Part shown: piece by piece, positions 28,399-48,287 of the stretch
How the letters are laid out: each line of letters begins with the position of its first letter
Numbering within the stretch: the stretch's first letter is position 1
NCBI RefSeq assembly: GCF_009914755.1
Contig: NC_060925.1
Origin: the human T2T-CHM13v2.0 reference genome, Homo sapiens
DNA length: 64,000 nucleotides
Reading direction: 5' to 3' (one strand)
The notes under the pieces: generated by a model
What the model was told of the DNA's origin: nothing
The model's database searches: none
What the model saw: the letters and a program-made list of their open reading frames with translations, nothing else
Program-made: the position numbers and the translations under genes

Positions 28399-28765
28399 CT
28401 AGAGAACAATATCAAATAATGTCAGAAAAAAATTAAGTATTTTTTATTACTGTAACATTAGGTTTTCCTGTTCTTTGGAACGTTGTTTCTCATAATGATA
28501 ACGTGTTATCCTATATAAAAACAACTAACTGATGATTAGTGGATTATTTTCTCAGCAGTGGAACTGAGTTTTCTCTAAACCATCTATATCCATACTCTTG
28601 TTCATCCTGCCTTGTGAGAAGGGCATGATTTATTTAATGACTACTTTAGTGCAAGGTACCATGTATGACTGTGAAACAAATACTACACAAAAATAAATTA
28701 TCTAGGCAGTGATAAAACTACCACCTTGTCCTCATTCGTACCTCATACTAAAAATGGAATTAATC

Positions 28766-28893
28766 TGCCGGACACACTGGCTCACACCTGTAATCTAAGC
28801 ACTTTGGGAGGCCAAGGGGGATGGATCACCTGAGATCACACCACTGTACTCCAGCCTGGGTGACAGAGCGAGAGTGTCTCAGGAAAAAAAAAA
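28766..28893 (+). mobile_element. Internally deleted Alu
   Basis: Left-arm ggatcacCTGAG is fused to right-arm CTGAGatcacaccact; TSD aaaatggaattaa. Confidence 0.85.
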
Positions 28894-29324
28894 ATGGAAT
28901 TAACCATCCCACAAAACTACTAGATAATCATTAACAAGTACTAGAGCAACCATTCCCAAATTCCTTTTTTAAAACCACTATTAAGATGTTTCAGTTCATT
29001 CAGTCACCAATGAATGTCATCAATGAAGTACTTACCAAGCCCCCAGTCTCCACCAGATACAGAGTATAAAGTATAGGTGGATGATGTCCAACTTTCATTG
29101 TAGAAATCTCCAAGATAAACTTACAAATTGTAAACAAAGGTATCATAATATTGTTAATGTCCTTTTAGTTGGAAGGGGAAGGTTGGTTGGTGGAAGGTAA
29201 TGAAGTAGAGAAATTTCCCTGAAAGCTGTATTGTAGTATACCTTTTGGTACACTTCGGTTTGCTCGGAACAGAGTAGACAATAGAGAGGATTTTTCCAAG
29301 AGAGAAACGAATAAGCCACAACTA

Positions 29325-29700
29325 TTATTAAAAAAATGAAATCATGTCCTCTGCAGCAACATGGATAAAGCTGGAGGCCATTATTCTAAGTGAAATGACT
29401 TCTTAGCCAAGAAGGGGTAGCCTCCAGTTTCAGCAAGGAATGGGAACAAATACTGCATGTTCTCGCTGTGGTATTTGGTAACTAAACCATGAGTACACAT
29501 GGACATAAAGAAGTAAATCACAGATACTGGAGACTCTAAAAAGAGGGAGACTGTGGGGGTTAGGCTTGAAAACTTGCCTATTGAATACAATGTTCGCTAT
29601 TTGGGTAATGGGTATACTAGAAGCCCAATCCCTGCAAATATGCAATATAACCATGTACCCCTTGAATCTAAAATAAAATGAAAATTAAAAAAAATAAATA
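29325..29700 (+). mobile_element. L1PB/old L1PA 3' end carrying a foreign 48-bp insert
   Basis: gaaatcatgtcct..gcagcaacatggat..ctggaggccattattctaagtgaa; flanks aataagcca repeated at ~29310 and ~29698. Confidence 0.85.
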
Positions 29701-29711
29701 AGCCAACTTCA

Positions 29712-30213
<502 letters not shown>

Positions 30214-30602
30214 CTAGGATGATAGATGGATGATGGTGGTCCTTCTAGGTTAGAGGGGCATTGGTTACTAAGGGGTGGGAAGAGGACACGTGGCAGAAAC
30301 CCATAAGCACTTCCAGGTCTTAGCCAAGAAGGGGTAGCCTCCAGTTTCAGCAAGGAATTGGAACACACATCAAAAACCAAGATGCAAAGCTACAAATACA
30401 AGCTAACCAGGTAAACTAGGGGTCAGCTGGAAGCTCTCTGACGTATCTGAGGCCTAAATGTTACTTTGGGCCCACTAGACCAGTGGTGTGGAAGCAAGGA
30501 CCCATTTTAAGATCTCACCAGCTATTGGTCAGAGTTCTCAGTGTGCACTATAAGGCCAGACTAGCCCTAAGCAAGGGTCTATATGGAGTAGAACTTGAAG
30601 GT

Positions 30603-31043
30603 TGTGATAGGAAAATAAAAATCCAGGACCCCAATTCGCTCTGCCAAAAGGAAAAAAATGAAGCTGAAAGCTGAGTTGTGCAAGAGCTGCCTTTCCTTTT
30701 GTTCCTAAGCAGATAGTCACAGATAAAGGGTTAAATATCTCCACAGGTAGCTATTCTATGTTCACCTTATCTTAGGTAAAGCTTCAATTTACTGAGCACA
30801 AGAGGAATACATAATTGACTATTCCCCTACCTGCTCCTTTTCTCTTGCAACATGTGGATTCAGTAATGTAACCACCTCTCTCCCCTCCAGCCCACTATTC
30901 CCTCTTTAAATATTGAAGCCCTCAGACCATAGACTGTTTCGCAATTCTGTGTTTGTTTGTTTTCCTCCTGGACATGTCCTTAACCTTGGCAAAATAAACT
31001 TCTAAATTGATTGCGACCTGTCTCAGATGCTTTTTGGTTTACA
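30603..31043 (+). mobile_element. ERV1 MER4-group solo LTR (MER57-like)
   Basis: TG...CA ends, 4-bp TSD AGGT (30599-30602 / 31044-31047), and end ccttaaccttggcaaaataaacttctaaattgattg..acctgtctcagat..ggtttaca. Confidence 0.85.
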
Positions 31044-31523
31044 AGGTCATCACTGCTGGCATCTGGTTAAGACTGAATAGCCATGAACTTATGCTGCCAA
31101 CCTAAAACTACTCCCTCACTGTGATGCCTAACACCTCGGACAGTGTGGCCATCGCTTTGAGTTAAGGTCGAATCAGGGAACATCTTTCACAGGTTGGGTA
31201 CAATCTAAAGCTTGGATTGACCTGCCCACTAGCAGACTTTGACCTGCCCACTAGCAGACTGATACTTATTACTTAGAGCACTGGAGCTAAAATGCAAATA
31301 ATGATTTCTCCCTTAATTGGCTGCTGTGGTGATCCCATTCGGAGTGGAAGCACTGAAGGTTAAATAATAAAGAGCTATTGTGGAGCTATAAACCATGGTT
31401 TAAAAACAAATTACCCCTTTAAAGGAAATGATTAGAAGAGATAGCTAAGGTATAATACCCTCTGCCCAGTGAACAATAAGATGGACTAGAATGCCTAGAT
31501 AACACGTTAGAACGAGCTATTGA

Positions 31524-32270
<747 letters not shown>

Positions 32271-33466
32271 AAATTCTCTCTTTCTTATACTCACTCTGGC
32301 TTTCTCTCACTCTATTCCTCTGTTTCTGCCTTTTCCTCACTACAGACTCTGTGAATGTATCTTTCAGCAGCAATTTGTTTATCTGTTTCTTCCCCTTTTT
32401 CCTCTGCCTACCTATCCTTCTCCATTTGTCCTTTCTCTTCTCTAATCTTTTCTCATCTTTCTGTTTTATTTCCTTACCTTTCCACTACCCTCCCTTCCCT
32501 TAACTTCTCATAATGCTGAATGAAAACCAGTTTTAAAATATATTAATATAATATATATATAATATAATATATATTAAATATAACCAATCTCAATGAGGGA
32601 AAAAGTATCCTCTCAAGGGAGCTCCTGTTAAATGCATTACTCTTGGGACAAATAACATAAAGTTAGCACTTATTTGCGCATTTATATAGACATAGATGAA
32701 TATCCTACCTAGAAGAGACAGGGCACTGAAGGAAGAGAATCCCAGGTGTTTGACTTTTTCTGGCCATTGGTGATGGTAGAGGGAGGAAGGAAGGGTTTAT
32801 GCATGGGACACCCCCTGGGGACAGTGAGGAAGTGTGTCATCAGGGCAAGTGGTTTAGTGAAGAGACTGTCCTGAGCCTTTTCCCCACATCATTTTTCTGA
32901 TTCTCACAACATCCCTACAAGGTAGACAGCATTATTATCTGCATTTAAGGAAGCAGGTGTAGAAAGTCAGTGATGGAGCTAGAACAAGGGCCCAGTCTGT
33001 CTGATACCAAAGCCCATGGTGACAGAACAAAGCTGGCTGAACAGTTCTGTCTGCCAGAACAAAGCCAAGTCATAAAAAGGAACTGCGGTAAGATGTTCTG
33101 AGGGCTCATGGTCCCACGGCACTGCTCTCATTCAACTTTGCACGCGTGGTCCCTAACAGTGTGCTGGCCCAGGCTTGGAGCTCAATAAAAGATTAGTGAA
33201 TGCATGAATAAGATTCAAAGCAGCAACCACTAGAAATTTCTGAACTGGAAAAATCATTATCTTACCCAATTCAGGAATCATGCGGCCCCTGCATAAACAT
33301 TCCTAGGACAATCCTACAAAATAAGAGTCGTAATTTGGCCACATTTTTGATACAGCAGTTCAAGGCCTTAAGCTTCTGTATAAACAGAGGACTTAAAATA
33401 CTTTTCCTATACTATCACTTTTGTAAAATTTCATCTATCATAAAATCTTGAAAATCATCAGAATGT

Positions 33467-35081
<1,615 letters not shown>

Positions 35082-35816
35082 ATACATATCTTATACTTTA
35101 ATCAGTTTGATCATTTGTCTTCTGACTTGATTATTTCTTCAATGATACTTTTACTTGGGGATATTCACGCCTTAGGTGATATATTTACTAAGATACTCTC
35201 CTTACGAGATTTATTCTCCTTGTGTGATAGTATGTTGTATGTATCTAATCTATTTTGAGTTCTCAGCTCTTTAGAAGGAATATGAAATTAACTTATACCA
35301 AGTATCAAGTTAGAGAAGTTTACTGTGCCTATTTTGCTAATCATGAAACAAAAACTCAAAAGTGTAAGGAATTTGCCTGAGGTCTCACAGCAACAGTGGG
35401 AAGATATTGAAGACATGACCATGACTTAGAAGTTGATACTTGTGTTTCAGAATCTATTACGTGTGTTACACTCTCATTATACAGCCAGCTGGCTTCTTGA
35501 GTCTAAGAAGCTCAACAGATTTTTTTATTTACTTGGGAATATTTTAATGCTAATGTGCAGAAGTTTTCTTTATGGGAAGAAGAGGACAACACATTTAGTA
35601 CATTTTTCTGCATTTAGAGAGATAGATGAATACAACTATCATACAGTAGGATTTTGGAATTGTGGAACTGAAAACTCTCCTCACAATCATTTCTCAGGTA
35701 CAGTATAGGAATCACAGAACCTCTGCCTGGTGATCCCTGTGACAAGGATTTTATTGCTTTTCAAGATTGCCTTTATGGCTGAATAAGTCTATTTTTAATT
35801 GTGCATAGTAAATAAT

Positions 35817-37448
<1,632 letters not shown>

Positions 37449-38687
37449 TTAGGAAGGAGGTGTTGAGTATATTAACAAAATAAGATATAATATTCAAAAT
37501 GCCAAAAGGACAACAGTAGGGCATGGACATTAATCAGTCAGAATGGACAGTTGTAAACAATAGACATGGCCGAATTAATGTATGCTGACTGACCTGAAAG
37601 ATGTGATATTATGATGATATTTCACTAAGAAGCTAGGAATACCCAAATTCTATCCTTGTTCATGACTTTCTCCCAAGAGAAATATATACCCAAGAGACAC
37701 AGCAAGGCACTTTATCATTGGCTGGAGCTTTGGCCCCAACTCCTAGCAAAGAACTCAAGTTCAGTCTGAATAACCTCAAGCCAAAATATGCGCAAAGGCT
37801 TGCTGTGGTTTTTTTCCCACTGGAAGCCTGAACCTGAGACACAGATCTTTTCACTCCACTGCACGAACAGGTCACATCCACCAGATGGGAGGCAGAAGAC
37901 CCAAAGGAACAGAGAGCAGAAGAGACGGTTTGCCCCAAAGCCTACACCTGTCTACCTCAGGGCTTCTCAGATCAGAGCAGAAGCACTTCTCAAGTAAGTT
38001 ACAAAATGGGAGGGGTCAGGGGTAGGAGCATCTAAAGAGAGGAAGAGGGTCAGGGTTTATTACACCAACTGCTTCACCCTCTGGTGAGGCATGAGATAAC
38101 CGTGGGTGGGTCTCCACTCTGATGACGGGAACTATAAGCCTTATCTCACATCTCTAGCTTTCTAGAGGGAAGAGGTCAGAAAGAAACCTATCCCTGTAAA
38201 CCAGACATTTCAGCACAGCACATAGTTTCCATTCACTGGTACAGTGGTGAAATAATTGTCCTTAAACTTGTATGTCTGTACCATTTTGGTATAAAGGGTG
38301 GGGTGAGGGTGAGGAGCAAAGAGAAGACTAGAGACAATACCATATAGCACTGACATTTTGCAAAGTACTTTCACAAATAATTCATGCACAAACTGTCTTA
38401 CCACCATCTTGAACTTTCAGGACTCCATGTGAATTTTACTTTAATGGCCAAGGTTACATAAAGTGTCTCTAGTCACTGAATTCATGAGTGTCTGCTGGGG
38501 TCCTATTGTTGCAAGGATAGAAACCAATTATAACTTAAAGACTTTACTGGAAGCTTATCAGATAGCTCATGAAAACAAAGGAAAGGCAGAAGTACCAGGA
38601 CAGCTGTAGGATCTAAGCAGTGAGAACCAGTGGTTATTTCTTCCAGGTGCCAATGACAAGATAAATCAGCTCCAACATTTCTGGCTC

Positions 38688-39535
<848 letters not shown>

Positions 39536-39891
39536 ATTTCAGGGAAACACTATCTGGATGACCTAGCTTGGTTGTATGTTCATCCACTGGACAGAAAAAG
39601 CCATGGCCTCTAACAAAGGACTATTTTGGTGGTTCATGGGGAGAGACTAATTTCTCATTTTCCAAAAGAATAGGTAAAGTTGCTGGGCCATCCAAAACAA
39701 TCCACAATGTTATAGCCACTGCATCATTAAAGTACTGAATAAAGACATGCAGCAAGGGTAGGGTGGCCTGGGGACTGTAGTGTATAATAAGCTAGTGAGC
39801 AACCTCAGAAAATGTATTCAGTTGGCGCAGTCTAACGGGGTAGTTGGGAAATTTGCTTATCACCATTGTTCTAAAAAAGTACCCAGCACTT

Positions 39892-40870
39892 GTGTTGAGC
39901 TGGTATAGTAATACACACAGACATAAAAATGATTGCCATGATGGAAGAAGTTTTTTATTATAATCACAGTCCCTAGAAAGAGGAGGCACAATACACATGC
40001 AGGACCACACAGGGAAGCACCAAAGCTAGATGAGCAGGCAGGGAGAGACAGGATCTGTGGGTGGGAGATTTAATTGTAGTTTATGCAGGAAGGAATGGGC
40101 CAAGCAAAGTAGGCAAGCAGTACAAGCTTATGGTCAGAGAGTCTAAATAATTTCAGTGGGCTCTGGCGCTATGTTGGTGGTCCCCAGTTGTCTGGTACTT
40201 GGCCCTGCGGTGATTAAGGTAGGGGATAGAGTCCCAGACAGTAGGAGTCTGATAAAAGGTGACATATGGGCAATAGAGTCTTGGAATTGGTTGGTTTGCA
40301 TATTAAAGGCATACTGGCAGGGAAGTTCCTTATCTTTAGGAATTAGTTAATCCTCGGAGGGGTGGTTCCCAGGGTCCAGAAGACCCCAAATGCCAGAGCA
40401 TCAAGAATACAGGAAATTAGCTGGGTGCCGGGGCACAAGTCTGTAGTCCCAGCTTCTCAGGAGGCTGAGGCAGGAGGATCGCTTGACCCTAGGAGTTTCA
40501 GGCATAGTGAGACCCTATCTCTTACAAAAAAAAAAAGAAGAAGAGGCTGGGTGCGGTAGCTCACACCTGTAATCCCACCACTTTGGGAGGCTGAGGTGGG
40601 AGGATTGTTTGAGCCCAGCCTGGGCAACATAATGAGACCTCATCTTTACAAATAATAAAAAAGAAATAGCCAAGTGTGGTGGCACACAGCTGTGGTCCCA
40701 GCTACTCTTGCTAGAATGAGGTGAGAGGATCACTTGAGCCTGGGAGGTCAAGGCTGCAGTGAGCTGTGATCACCCCACTGCACTCCAGCCTGGAAAACAG
40801 AGTAACACCCTGTCTCACAAAAAAGAAAAAAAAAAAGGAATACAGAATATAAGAAAATACAGCTAATACA
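39892..40870 (-). mobile_element. ERVL-class solo LTR (subfamily uncertain) interrupted by FLAM + AluJ (40418-40836)
   Basis: tgtg start and agctaataca end; the LTR resumes after TSD aagaatacaggaa / aggaatacagaat. Confidence 0.65.
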
Positions 40871-40879
40871 AAATATAGT

Positions 40880-41036
<157 letters not shown>

Positions 41037-42444
41037 TGAATGTAACTATAGGCATAACTTGAGATACTGCAGGTTCAGTTCCAGACCACCACAAAAAAGT
41101 GAATATCACAGTAAAGCAAGTCACACAAACTTTTTGGTTTCCCAGTGCACATAAAAGTTTATGTTCATACTATACTGTAGTCTATTAAGTGTGCAATAGT
41201 ATTATGTCTACAAAAACAATGTATATACCTTAATTTAAAAATACTTCATTGCTAAAAAATGCTAACATTAATCTGAGCCTTCAGTGAGTTGTAATATTTT
41301 TGCTGGTGGAATGTCTTGTCCTGATGGATACTGACTGACCAGGGTGATGGTTGCTGAAGGCTGGGGTGCCTGTGGCAATTTTCTAAAATAAAACAATAAT
41401 GAAGTTAACTCCATCAATTGATTCTTCCTTTCACAGGAGATTTATCTGCAGCATGTGGTGCTATTTGACAGCATTTTACCCACAATACAACTTCTTTCAA
41501 AATTAGAGTCAATCCTCTCAAATCCTGACACTGCTTAACAACTAAGTTTATATAATATTCTAAATCTTTGTTGTCATTTCAACAATGTTCACAACATCTT
41601 CACTGGGAGTAGTTTCCATCTCAAGAAACCCCTATCTTTGCTCATCAGGTAAGAAGCAACTCCTCATCCATTCAAGTTTTATAATGAGATTGCAGCAATA
41701 CAGTCACATCTTCAGGCTCCACTGCTAATTCTAGTTCTCTTGCTATTTCCACCATATCTGCAGTGACTTCCTCCACTGAAGTCTGGAACCCCTCAAAGTC
41801 ATACATAATGGAATGAATTTCTTCCAAACTCCTGTTAAACTCCTCCCATGATGAGAATCATGAATGTTCTCACTGGTATCTAGAATGGTGAATCCTTTCT
41901 AGAAGATTTTTAATTTACTTTGCCCAGATCCATCACAGGAATTGCTATCTATGGCAGCAACAGCCTTGCAAAATGTATTTCTTAAATAATAAGACTTTAA
42001 AGTTGAAATTACTTCTATAGAATGGATGTTCTGTTAGCTGGCATGAAAACAACATTTATCTCCTTGTACATCTCCATCAGAATGCTTGGATTAACTAGGT
42101 GCATTGTCAGTGAACAATAATATTTTAAAAGAAATCTTTTTTCCTGAGTAGTAGTTCTCAACAATGGACTTAAATTATTCAGTTAACCATGCTGTAAACA
42201 GATGTGCTCTCATCCAGATTTTATTTTTCCATTTATAGCGCACAAGGAGAGTAGATTCAGCATCATTCTTTTTTTAATGACATGAAATCCTGAACTTCAT
42301 TAGCATAATTCTAAAGGACCCTAGGATTTTTAGAATGGTAAATAAGCTTTGGCTTCAACTTAAAGTCACCAGCTACATTAGCCCTTAACAAGAGAGTAAG
42401 CCTGTCCTTTGAAGCTTTAAAGCCAGGCATTGACTTATTATTGA

Positions 42445-42743
<299 letters not shown>

Positions 42744-42744
<1 letters not shown>

Positions 42745-43102
42745 TATATTGACTTACTTCTAGCTATGACAATTCTAGATGGCATCTTCTTCCAATAGAA
42801 GGCTGTTTCATCTACACAGAAGATCTGTTGTGTAGTGTAGCCACCTTCATCAATCATCTTAGCTAGAACTTCTGGATCACTTGCTGTTTCACCTTGCACT
42901 TTTATGTTATTAAGACAACTTCTTTCCTTAAGCCTCTGAACCAACTTCTGCCAGCTTCAAACTTTTCTTTTGTATCTTTCTTACCTCTCTCAGTCTTCTT
43001 AGAATTGCAGAGATTTAGGGCCTTGCTCTGGATTATGCTTTGGCTTAAGGGAATGTAGTGGCTGGTTTGATCTTCTATCCAGACCACCAAAACTTTCTCC
43101 AT
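42744..43102 (-). pseudogene. Frameshifted Tigger1 transposase fragment (CENP-B-type HTH and start of the DDE domain)
   Basis: ORFs MEKVLVVWIEDQTSHYIPLSQSIIQSKAL and [23 protein letters not shown] lie in different frames. Confidence 0.9.
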
Positions 43103-43229
43103 ATCAGTAATAAAAAGTTATTTCTCTTTTTTTTAGTCATTCATATGTTTATGAAGTAGCACTTTTAGTTTATTTCAAGAACTTTTCCTTTGCACTCACA
43201 ACTCTCCTGTTAATGCAAGAGGCCTTGTT

Positions 43230-43755
43230 GGCCAGGTGGGGTGACATATGCCTGTAGTCCTTTGGGAGGCAGAGGCAGGAGGATCGCTTGAGGCTAGGAG
43301 ATTGAGACCAGCCCGGGGAATATAGCGAGACCCCATCTCCACAAAAAAAAAAAATTTTAGAAGTCTGATAAAAGGTGACAAGTGGGCAATATGGTCTTGG
43401 AATTGGTTGGTTTGCATATTAAAGGCATGCTGGCAGGCAAGTTCCTTATCTTTAGAAATTAGTTAATCCTTGGAGGGGCAGTTCCTGGAGTCCACAAGAC
43501 CCCAGATGCCAGAGCATCAAGAATACAGAAAATTAGCCAGGTGCCATAGCACAAGCGCCATAGCATAAGCAGAATATGGATGAAAAAAATTTTTTAATTA
43601 ATTGGGCATGGTGGCATGTGCCTGTCCCAGCCACTCAGGAGGCTGAGGTGGCAGGATCACTTGATTCCAGGAGTTTGAGGCTGCAGCGAGCTATGATTGT
43701 GCCACTGCACTCCTGCCTGGGTGACAGAGTGAGACCCCATTTAAAAAAAACAAAA
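43230..43755 (+). mobile_element. AluJ nested in Tigger1, split by a ~230-bp insertion in its linker
   Basis: Left arm 43230-43357 and right arm ~43598-43755; TSD aggccttgtt on both sides. Confidence 0.85.
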
Positions 43756-44216
43756 AGGCCTTGTTTTTGGCCTATCTTGCCTTTCATCCTCCTTTCCCCT
43801 GTAAGTGTAATCATTTCTAGCTTTTGATTTAAAGTGAGAGATGTGTGACTCTTACTTTCACCTGAACACTTAGAGGCCATTATAGGGTTATTAATTGGCT
43901 TAATTTCAATATAATTTCATGGGGAATTGGAGGCCCAAGGAGAAGCAGAGGGATGAGGGAAGGGCCTGTCCATGGAGCAGTCAGAACACATACAGCATTT
44001 ATCTAAGTTAGTGTCTTATATGGGTTCAGTTCATAGCTCCCCAAAACAATTACCATAGTAACATGAATGATCACTGATTACATATCACCATAATAGATAT
44101 AATAATGATTATTTTAAAGTTGGACATATTGTGAGGAATACCAAACTATGACATGGAGACATGCAGTGAGCATGTACTGTTGGAAAAATGGCACCGATAG
44201 ACTTGGTTTATACAGG

Positions 44217-44748
44217 TGCAAGTTTCTCTAAAGGGACAGAACTAATAGGACAGACGTATATATGAAGGGGAGTTTATTAAGGGGTATTGACTCACAAAAT
44301 CACAAGGTAAAGTCCCACATAGGCCATTGGCAAGCTGAGGAGCAAGAAAGCCAGTCTGAGTCCCAAAACCTCAAAAGTAGGGATGCAGCCTCCAGTCTGT
44401 GGCTGAAGGCCAGAGAGCCCCTGGCAAACCACTGATGTAGGTTCAAGAGTCCAAAAGCTGAAGGACTTGGAGTGTGATGTTTGAGGGCAGGAAGCATCCA
44501 GCATGGGAGAAAGATGAAGGCCGGAAGCCTCAGCAAGTCTGCTCATTCCACCTTCTTCTGCCTGCTTTATTCTACCTGCACCGGCAGCTGATTCGATGGG
44601 GCCCACCCAGATTGAGGGTGGGTCTGCCTCTCCCAGTCCACTGACTCAAATGTTTATCTCCTTTGGCAACACCCTCACAAACACACCCAGGAACCATTCT
44701 TTGTATCCTTCAATCCAAACAAGTTGACACTCAATATTAACCATCACA
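44217..44748 (-). mobile_element. MLT2 (HERV-L) solo LTR nested in Tigger1
   Basis: agggacagaactaatagga ... aagttgacactcaatattaaccatcaca; 5-bp TSD ACAGG (44212-44216 / 44749-44753). Confidence 0.92.
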
Positions 44749-45200
44749 ACAGGGTTGCCACAAACCTTCAATTTGTGAAAAATGCACTGTGAAGCACAAT
44801 AAAGTGCAATAAAATGAGGTATGCCTGTGTATTCTTTGGGCAGACATACAGCCATATGAAGATACTAGATAAATGATACAGAGTATAGAATGAAGCCTAC
44901 AGAGCTCCTATCTAGGTTCAATTTTACTGACCATGCAATATGCTACAGACACAGTCTGCTGAATCTCCTTCCACCACTCCAGCTCCTCTTCCTTTCCTTC
45001 AGCCTTTTTCATCATGCCCAAACTCTTGGGTTTATTGAAGCAGTTGCTATAGCCACAATTATTGCATGAATCTATTTTTCAGCATGACAGTATGGTATGT
45101 GCAAGTGTACTTTAAGATACTTAAAAACTCAGTTATATTATAGATTAATGGATGTGTGATCTTCCAAATTGATGCCAACCTATAAATTCCCAGTCACTGA

Positions 45201-45524
<324 letters not shown>

Positions 45525-46922
45525 CAATTTTTTTTTTTTTTTTACTTTGATATTCCTCAATCTTCACATTTATTTCAATTCCTCTACTAGAATCATATTC
45601 TTATTTATTTTCTCTCATGCATTCTTGAAATATTTCTGCTCAGTAGAGAAGCAATATGAAGCTTCAGTGTTTTATTAACTATATCAAACAGCAGACTCTC
45701 TAGATGGTGAGCCAAAAGTTGCTGAAGGGTGTATTTTTTTGGTCTGCTGTGAATTATGCCTTCAGGCTCAACAAAGTGGTAAAGACTGTTTTAAATTATT
45801 AGCTGAATATGTGAGAACTGGCTGTTGCAAAATCTGACTGTCATGTAGCATTATGCCATCATCAAGAGAAATTTTAGCATTTTCTGTTTTCTCCAAAGAT
45901 AAAGTGCTTGTTTTCTTTAGCTTTCTTCTATTGAGGTTGATTAATCCTTTTCAAACCAGGAAACTCAGACTTAACATATGTAGACTTTGTTTTGCACAAA
46001 ATCTTCTATATCTTGCATTTAGGGGCACACAGTCCATCTGTCATTTTAACTGTGCTCACACAAATTGTGCTGATTTATACTTAACCATAGCTAATTTCAT
46101 TTGTGTTTTTGAGTTTGTTTTTTGATTTTCAAAAGCAGCTGAAAGTGAGTTGACATTTTAGTACTTTGGTCTCTTTTATAAAGAGTGATGATATAATATT
46201 CATCCATAATTATAACCTTCAAAGTTATTTAATGTCATGTTCATAGAAAAGGAAACTGCTGACATTGACTTTCTACACTTTAAATCAATTCTTTAGTATC
46301 TTCACATAAGTCTCCCCCTAAATTTCCGGTTTTTAGAAGTGATTTTTATACTTACCCATTGCATAAACCTGGACAAATTCTTTTCTTCATTTATTTCAAT
46401 TTCCCAATATATAAAAGAGTTAATAATGTAGCTACCACAGAGCATATTGTGAAATTCACTGAGAAATCACAGAGATATGCTGCTTTGGGAAGAGCAGGAA
46501 GAACTCCGTGAATAATAGGTTGTACCAATCTTCCTCCAAACACTTCTCTGACAAGCACACAATTCTGACACATATTTCTGCAGAGCTCTAGGGTTTCAAG
46601 TTTTCTCCTTTTATGATGTAATCATTCTCCATGAAGTTTAGTCATATGCTGCTCATTTTCAGTGTCTCTATTTTCTAAATAAAGGCATGAATAGAATTAA
46701 CTCTTGGATTCTAGAAACTACAATAAACCTAAATGTGTTTAAAGAAAACTTAATGAATCATCATGCTACCCCTCCCCCATAAGACTGTAGAATGTTAGCT
46801 TTAAAAAGAATACAGGGAACATCCAGTCCAATCTTTGCATTTTATAGACAAGACAACTGAGCTTTTGGGAGCTTAGGGAATCTTGTGATTTTATCAAAGT
46901 GAGAAGATTAGTTAAGTGGCAG

Positions 46923-46923
<1 letters not shown>

Positions 46924-46954
<31 letters not shown>
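46924..46954. repeat. (TG)n microsatellite at the end of a MIR remnant
   Basis: Directly visible. Confidence 0.95.
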
Positions 46955-46957
<3 letters not shown>

Positions 46958-47141
46958 TTCAAAAACATGCAATACTAGTGTATTTTTCATTTTCATTGGT
47001 TTCTTTTTTAAAAGTATCTTCAAACTAATATACTTGGTTAAACTTTTTAAGTCTCAAAACACAACTAAAATAACCTGCTGTGTTTCATTTTTTAACCAAA
47101 AAACTACTACTGAGGCTTCTGCCTTTAAGAATAATTTCTGG

Positions 47142-47422
47142 GGCCAGGTGTGGTGGCTCATGCCTATAATCCTAGAACTTTGGGAGCCGAGTGTGGGAAT
47201 CATTTGAGGCCAGGAGTTTGAGACTAACCTGGGCAACATAGCGAGATCCTGGTTCTCCAAAAAAATTTTAAAAGCTAACCGGATGTGGTGGCATGCAACT
47301 GTACTCCCAGCTACGTGGGAGGTTGAGGAGGGAGGATATCTTCGAGGCTGAAGTAAGCTATGAAGGCCCCACTGCACCCCATCCCAGGGGGCTGGAGTGA
47401 GACCCTGTCTTAAAAAAAAAAA
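47142..47422 (+). mobile_element. AluJ
   Basis: Diverged dimer; TSD aatttct / aattct. Confidence 0.88.
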
Positions 47423-48287
47423 TTCTAAGAAATGGTATATTCAGAGGTATTTCAACTTATTTAATAACAGTATATCATGGGCACTGCCCAACAACTGGTG
47501 TGTCTGTCCTGGTTCTACCAGCTGCACATGAGCCTGGGTATATTACTAAAAAATAGGCAGTGCCATATGCTGGAAATAAAGATGTAATCCTTGAACATTG
47601 TTATACCACTATGAAAATGTAACAATACCCAGTAAAGCTATATTATTTTCATTATTAAATTTGTTCAACACTATTTGTTTTTGTTTTTTTTTTTCACAAA
47701 AAGTTGAAAAGAAAACAGGATTTTTTTTCCTATATGATATTTCTACTGGATTAACCACTAGATTTAGGTAATAGTAACAGAGCTGAACCTCTGGACCTGG
47801 TAACATTGTCTCTTCAAGTTAGCATTTTCGATATATTATAAAATAAATTCTGGCAATAGTCATCTACATATGTAATTTGAAGAGCTGTTATATTGGGCTT
47901 GGTGAGTAAGGACAACATATGCGCTTTATTAGCAATGTTAAATAGGTGCCCAATTAATGTTTGCTGTTATACTACAGAATTTCATAAACAATGGCAACAA
48001 ATTTTTCCCAAAATCAATATGGAAGTGAGTTATGAAATTTGCTTTACTGAACAAGTCTTCATTTGTGGCAGGAACGCATTTTGGTTTTTGTGTTTCCCTG
48101 CTGTTTGAAAGAACAGATTGAGTGTTCCTTTGTTTTCTTGCTCCTACATAGAAGACATTTAAAATAATCATAAATTATTAGTACTAGAAGGAAACCTAAA
48201 AATCTAACTTCCCACACAATGCAAACCCTCAGTGATTCTGATGCATGCTAAAGTTTGAGAAACATTGCCCTATGTAACACTCCACGT

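Noticed and set aside
37877-37895. CTCF-like ccaccagatgggaggcag
   Set aside because: Mismatch at a core position; cannot be supported without ChIP data.
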